A DNA stretch of 56,138 nt, counting the filler, from Diploschistes diacapsis (lineage: Eukaryota), in the NCBI GenBank assembly GCA_023645945.1. It is 5 parts of 5 records of this genome, joined end to end, with 100 filler letters (N's around TTAATTAATTAA, not from the genome) between each part and the next. Parts side by side here need not be neighbours in the genome. Positions count along the whole stretch, not along the records: positions 45,021 to 56,138 come from JALAIB010000858.1; 4 more parts are not named here. The stretch is one strand, 5' to 3'. Positions within the stretch are counted from its first letter, which is position 1, and every line of letters starts with the position of its first letter. Shown piece by piece: positions 51,170-56,138 of the stretch. The notes beneath the pieces were generated by a model. That model was not told the DNA's origin. It did not search any database and saw only the letters and a program-made list of their open reading frames with translations. Both the position numbers and the translations under genes were made by a program.

Positions 51170-52766
51170 ATGGCGTCCGATAATGATACTCGAGGATGGA
51201 TTATGGCATCCGTCAGTGGAGTAGGTATGTCAACCAGCAGTGCGATGCATCGTTGTGCTCGTTGCTTACGAGATTCAGCTTGCATTGTTGGTGCCGCCAT
51301 CATCTGCGTCGACTTGCTTGTTCAATCCATACCTCGGTGTCGAAACTTTAGGATACAGGAGAGCAACGGCTTCCTATCGGCTTCGCTGAGTCTGAGTTTT
51401 GGAGTCATGGTTCGTCTATCTTCGAAAAGTGACTTAAGGTTTTGTCTAACCCTGGCAGCTCTTCTCCGCTTTGTATAACATGCTGCCATCGTCAAGGAGC
51501 TCCTTGATCAAGAGCGGCATGTCACCAGCAGTCGCGTCTGCTACGATGATAACCTGTTTCCTCGGTGGGGTTATAGGCATCCAGATCCTATCGTCTGTCA
51601 TTCACCGCTTCATCCCCTCGCACGTTGTGGACTGCGACCACGCCCACAGAGATGGCGAGGAGGATAAGGAGGAGCACAATGGCCGCAAAGACTCGTCTGC
51701 AGATGTTGAGAACCAAACCTTCTCCGACGATCGACCCTTACTATCTCGAGACGATGACGAACCATTCCAGGACAGGCGGTTGAAACTCCGGCCGTCGGTG
51801 GAGGTGCGACAGAAACGTGACAACCCTCAACCAGGCTTTCAAAACGACAGACGACCTTCGCTACAAGCCTTACGATCATTCATGGCAAGTACAAAGTCGC
51901 GCTGTGGTGAAGGAGGGCCATGTTTTGGATATAGCAATCCGTGTGGGAACGAGTGTTACCGTGTAGTATCAAATCCTAGCGGCAAGGCTTTGAAAGAGTC
52001 CGATGGCAGGGGCCGCCGTGGCTTCAATGCAAAGCGGGCCATGACAAATCCAACGCCGCTTTCGAAATATAGCCCGCTTAGAGAGGTCAGCCAGGGGTCA
52101 TCCAGCCTTTCTGGCGAGAATACTATTGACTACGGCTCGTTCGCTACCACCAATGGCGAGGTCCGCAAGCACTTTTCGCACGACTCGGATAATCAAAGCT
52201 ATGCGACGATTGATGACGATCAAAACGACCGCCACCAGCACTCAAAGCATTCAGACAACGCCGCGAGTCACCACCATCACCATGTTGCATCGAACGCTTT
52301 CTTTGCAATAGGACTCCAAACTTCTATAGCGATAGCACTGCACAAGCTTCCGGAAGGCTTCATTACCTTCGCTACGAATCATGCCAACCCGAGACTAGGG
52401 TTTTCGATATTCATGGCCCTCTTCATCCACAACATAACCGAAGGCTTTGCGCTGGCGCTACCATTGTACCTTGCGCTAAACAGCCGCCTCAAGGCCATGA
52501 TTTGGGCCTCCATATTAGGCGGTGCGAGTCAGCCGCTTGGGGCAGGCATTGCCATGGCGTGGTTAAAGGTGGCACAAAGTCGCGATATGACGCCTAGCGA
52601 AGGCGTCTATGGAGTCATGTTTGCCATCACGTCTGGCATCATGACAAACGTTGCCCTCCAACTATTCTCCGAGAGTCTAGAACTTACTCACAAGAAGCTA
52701 TTGTGTACGACTTTTGCATTCATTGGGATGGGTATTCTGGGCTTCAGCAATGCATTGACAGCATGA
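51170..52766 (+). CDS. ZIP-family zinc/iron transporter (Zrt3-like), multi-exon
   Basis: His-rich loop HHHHH, ALHKLPEG and FIHNITEG metal-binding helices, several TM segments. Confidence 0.92.
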
Positions 52767-53759
52767 ACGCGGTTTCCATTTGATGCATAAAGAGCCCGGC
52801 AGTGTAACCTAGAATTGAGGACTCATGGCTACCTTATGACCTGATGCAATTTAGAGCCCGAGATAGGATTCCATGATTCGCAAAAAAAGAACGATTTAGT
52901 CCAGAAACAATTGTGTGCTGTATTTTGAAGCTGTTGTGCCCTGCGAGGCGGCTATAGCCCCTTAGTCTGGATGCACCGCGCCTCTCCATGGCCCTTTACT
53001 TCTGCATCCAGGAGCTTTTGTCCGTCTGGCTTGGGACAAAGGGCAGTTGATGCGAATGTAGCTCGGAGCCGGCATGGGCAGAGACTCGTAAACGGCACGG
53101 CTCGCATTTGCGCAGAGGACGGAGATGGATCGCATGTAATTCGAAGTCAACAGAAGGTTTGATTTAGCTTTTGAGTGGGCCACCTCCCTCAGCGCATCTC
53201 TAGAGCTCTCTGATCAACAGCGTTGGTGCGCGTCTTGAACCATTTTTGCGTGACCTTACAATATCTAATAGTGGTTGCGCCGACCCCTCGAGCTCCCCTT
53301 TGCCGCAAGCATTCCAGAGCACGGCATCCTTCCTCCAACCTTTCCCTTCATCCATCACCATCACTATCCCATTACCCATCCCACCTGCCCATCATACCCT
53401 ACTTGTTCGCAACTAGCTAGTCGATACCTAGCTCTGATGCCCATATAAGCTTTGAAGAGATCGTTTCTGCAATCCGTGGGGGCATCAAACCGCTATCGAT
53501 CAACTATATATCGATAAACGATCTGCAAGGCACAACTGCCCCGCGCTCAATCAGCACTACTGTATCTCCATGTAGATAGAGCCAGCGGCCAGCAGAAGTT
53601 CCCATCCTCCTTCGCGTTTCGCACATCGTGCGTGCGGCTCCTGCCATCGACGGACAACCGCGTCCTGATCCCTTGCTCGCTCCTGCCAGCTTGATCCTCG
53701 GCTGATCTGGGCTCGTATTCACTCGGCAGCTCGAACTTCTCACCTCTTCCATCTCTCTC

Positions 53760-55257
53760 ATGCCTACTCTCGGAAACTTCCTCAAGAAAAAACGAACCAA
53801 GGAGCCGGGCGACTCAAATACCGTACAAGCGGAATCCGCGGCAAACTCTGGTTCTTCGGAAGGTCTCAAGTCGGTGCCTACAAACTCTTCTCAAACTTCG
53901 GCCTCACTTCATCGCCCCGAGACATCGGGCTCGACGCAACAACCACCAGGAGACAAGCCCGCGCAACAACATGATACTCCAGTGAAGCAAGAAGCTCCAT
54001 TGCCGGTCGCTCAAAGCTCAACCCAGCAGCAGCAGCAGCCAGCCTCTCAACAAGACGGAACAAGCGAGATGACCCACGCAGCGACGGGCAACGGCCAACA
54101 GGCCGGTTCCGCGGTCCGGCAGACCAAGGGCAAGTACACTCTCACTGACTTCACCATTCAGAGGACTCTCGGCACCGGGAGCTTTGGACGGGTGCATCTT
54201 GTTCAGTCCAAGCACAACCAACGCTTTTATGCCGTCAAGGTGCTCAAGAAGGCGCAGGTCGTAAAGATGAAGCAAGTAGAGCACACGAATGACGAGCGTC
54301 GCATGCTGCAACGGGTCAAACATCCGTTCTTAATCACGCTCTGGGGGACTTTTCAGGACTCCAAAAATCTGTACATGGTCATGGACTTTGTCGAGGGTGG
54401 AGAGCTGTTCAGCTTGCTGAGAAAGTCCCAGGTAGGCATCTTCCGGCGCCTGGAGGTCCTGAACGTAAGCTTCGGACCGTCGCTAATGCTGTCTACAGAG
54501 ATTTCCTAACCCAGTCGCCAAGTTCTATGCCGCAGAAGTCACCCTTGCTCTGGACTACCTCCACTCTTGCAACATAATTTACCGTGATTTGAAACCCGAG
54601 AACCTCCTCTTAGACAGACACGGACATTTGAAGATTACCGACTTCGGCTTTGCCAAGGAGGTTCCGGATATCACCTGGACGCTCTGCGGCACCCCGGATT
54701 ATCTAGCACCGGAAGTCGTCGCGTCGAAGGGGTACAACAAATCTGTAGATTGGTAAGTTGGAGCTCGCTCACGATCGAGCTCAGTCACTCACCCGAGCCC
54801 TAGGTGGTCTCTAGGAATCCTGATCTTTGAGATGCTCTGCGGATTTACCCCCTTCTGGGACGGAGGTTCTCCGATGAAGATATACGAAAACATCCTGAAA
54901 GGCCGTGTTAAATATCCACCCTATATTCATCCCGATGCTCAGAACTTGCTCCAACGGCTTATCACCGCAGATCTCACGAAAAGGCTCGGTAACCTCCACT
55001 CGGGATCAAGAGACGTCATGAGCCATGCCTGGTTCTCGGAAGTGACCTGGGACAGGCTGTCGAGGAAGGACATCGATGCCCCGTATGTACCTCCCGTCAA
55101 AGGCGGCCAAGGTGATGCCAGCCAATTCGACAAGTACCCGGAGGAGCAAGAGCAATACGGGGACAAGGGTCCCGACGTGTATGTGTAATGAATCACCGGT
55201 CGATTTTTTTTGGTAGCTGACTAGTGCAGACATGCTGCGCTCTTCCAGGAGTTCTAG
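53760..55257 (+). CDS. pkaC1: cAMP-dependent protein kinase catalytic subunit; introns 54432-54499, 54753-54803, 55179-55229
   Basis: [53 protein letters not shown]-terminal FQEF (FxxF). Confidence 0.96.
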
Positions 55258-55678
55258 GCGCAGAACAACCAACAAACAACAAATATTCACAAAGGAAGCC
55301 GAACGTTGAAGAGGTGCCAGCGGATATGGTTCCTGTAGGTTGGGAGCAACGAAGGTAATGATGGCGGAGCCTTGCAGAATCCATCGTGGTATTTATACTG
55401 CCCTTGGGCCTTACGATTCGTCTAACTAAGTGGGTACGCCGAGGGATCACTAACGGGAAGCGTTCTCTCGGCAAAGCATCATGTAACGGCAAAGGCCCGC
55501 GTGGAATGATTCATGGGAACGGGCAGGCTTCTTTGATAACATACGCGGATGCCTGTCGATGAATGTGACCATCTCGGCATTTCACCTTTCCCCCCAGACT
55601 TATCGCCAGACATCTAGAGATCTAGAGAACCTCCATCACATCTTGAATGCATGCGGTATACCCCTTTCACCAAATCAT

Positions 55679-55700
55679 ACGAAAACGAAAACGAAAACGA
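55679..55700. repeat. (ACGAAA)n hexamer repeat
   Basis: Direct reading. Confidence 0.8.
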
Positions 55701-56138
55701 ACGAGAGCGGTGATGGTACCCCAAGTGGGCGGGCCTAAGGTATCTTCCTAGGGTCATATACTCCCTGATTGAGATGGGCGGCGAGACACTGCAGGCTATT
55801 AGCTGCACACTCAACTTATTTCTTTGACATGGTATTATTAGCAGCAGGGTATCTAAAAATCAAACGCCAGTAAACAAGTGACCAGTACATTTACAGATCC
55901 ATCCAAACCCGTCCACAGCTTGTTCGGAAGCACTGCGATGCTCTCCCACTATCTACCTCTCCTCGTTCGTTTCCTGTACCTCTACTTCCGGAGCATTTGC
56001 GTGCCCCAAGCCGCTTTCTCGTACCCAAGCTTTTCGCCTTCCCTTTTTCCTACCTCTCGCCTTATGGTCCTGCAGCAGTAACACGCAAGCCACGCACGAT
56101 CTCCGCCCCTGTACTTTGGGCTCGTCCGAGCCCTTAAC

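Overview
Eukaryotic DNA from a filamentous ascomycete (Pezizomycotina-type genes, short GT-AG introns with CTRAC/CTAAY branch sites). It is not one locus. Five contigs of 11187, 11160, 11146, 11127 and 11118 bp, in descending length order, are joined by identical 100-nt spacers (44 N + TTAATTAATTAA + 44 N), so adjacency across spacers means nothing. About 23 mostly housekeeping genes are recognisable: bZIP TF, MoaA/MoaC Moco locus, HAD hydrolase, Trm140, OSCA/TMEM63 channel, F-box protein, a lipase pseudogene, proline iminopeptidase, CENP-K-like protein, KH protein, Zn2Cys6 TF, COQ7, NOT3/5, DTD1, amidohydrolase, kelch membrane protein, NSRP1, SIN1, NUC1, ZIP transporter and PKA catalytic subunit. 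I found no multi-gene novel system. The most interesting signals are: (1) an alternatively spliceable MoaA / MoaA-MoaC locus with a possible internal mitochondrial presequence; (2) a RIP-eroded hAT-like transposon end; (3) recurrent GC-rich islands with a C-to-G skew flip that coincide with contig breaks; (4) an unusually long, structured last intron in NOT3/5; (5) a lipase inactivated by a single CAA>TAA change. All calls come from reading motifs by eye; no searches were run.
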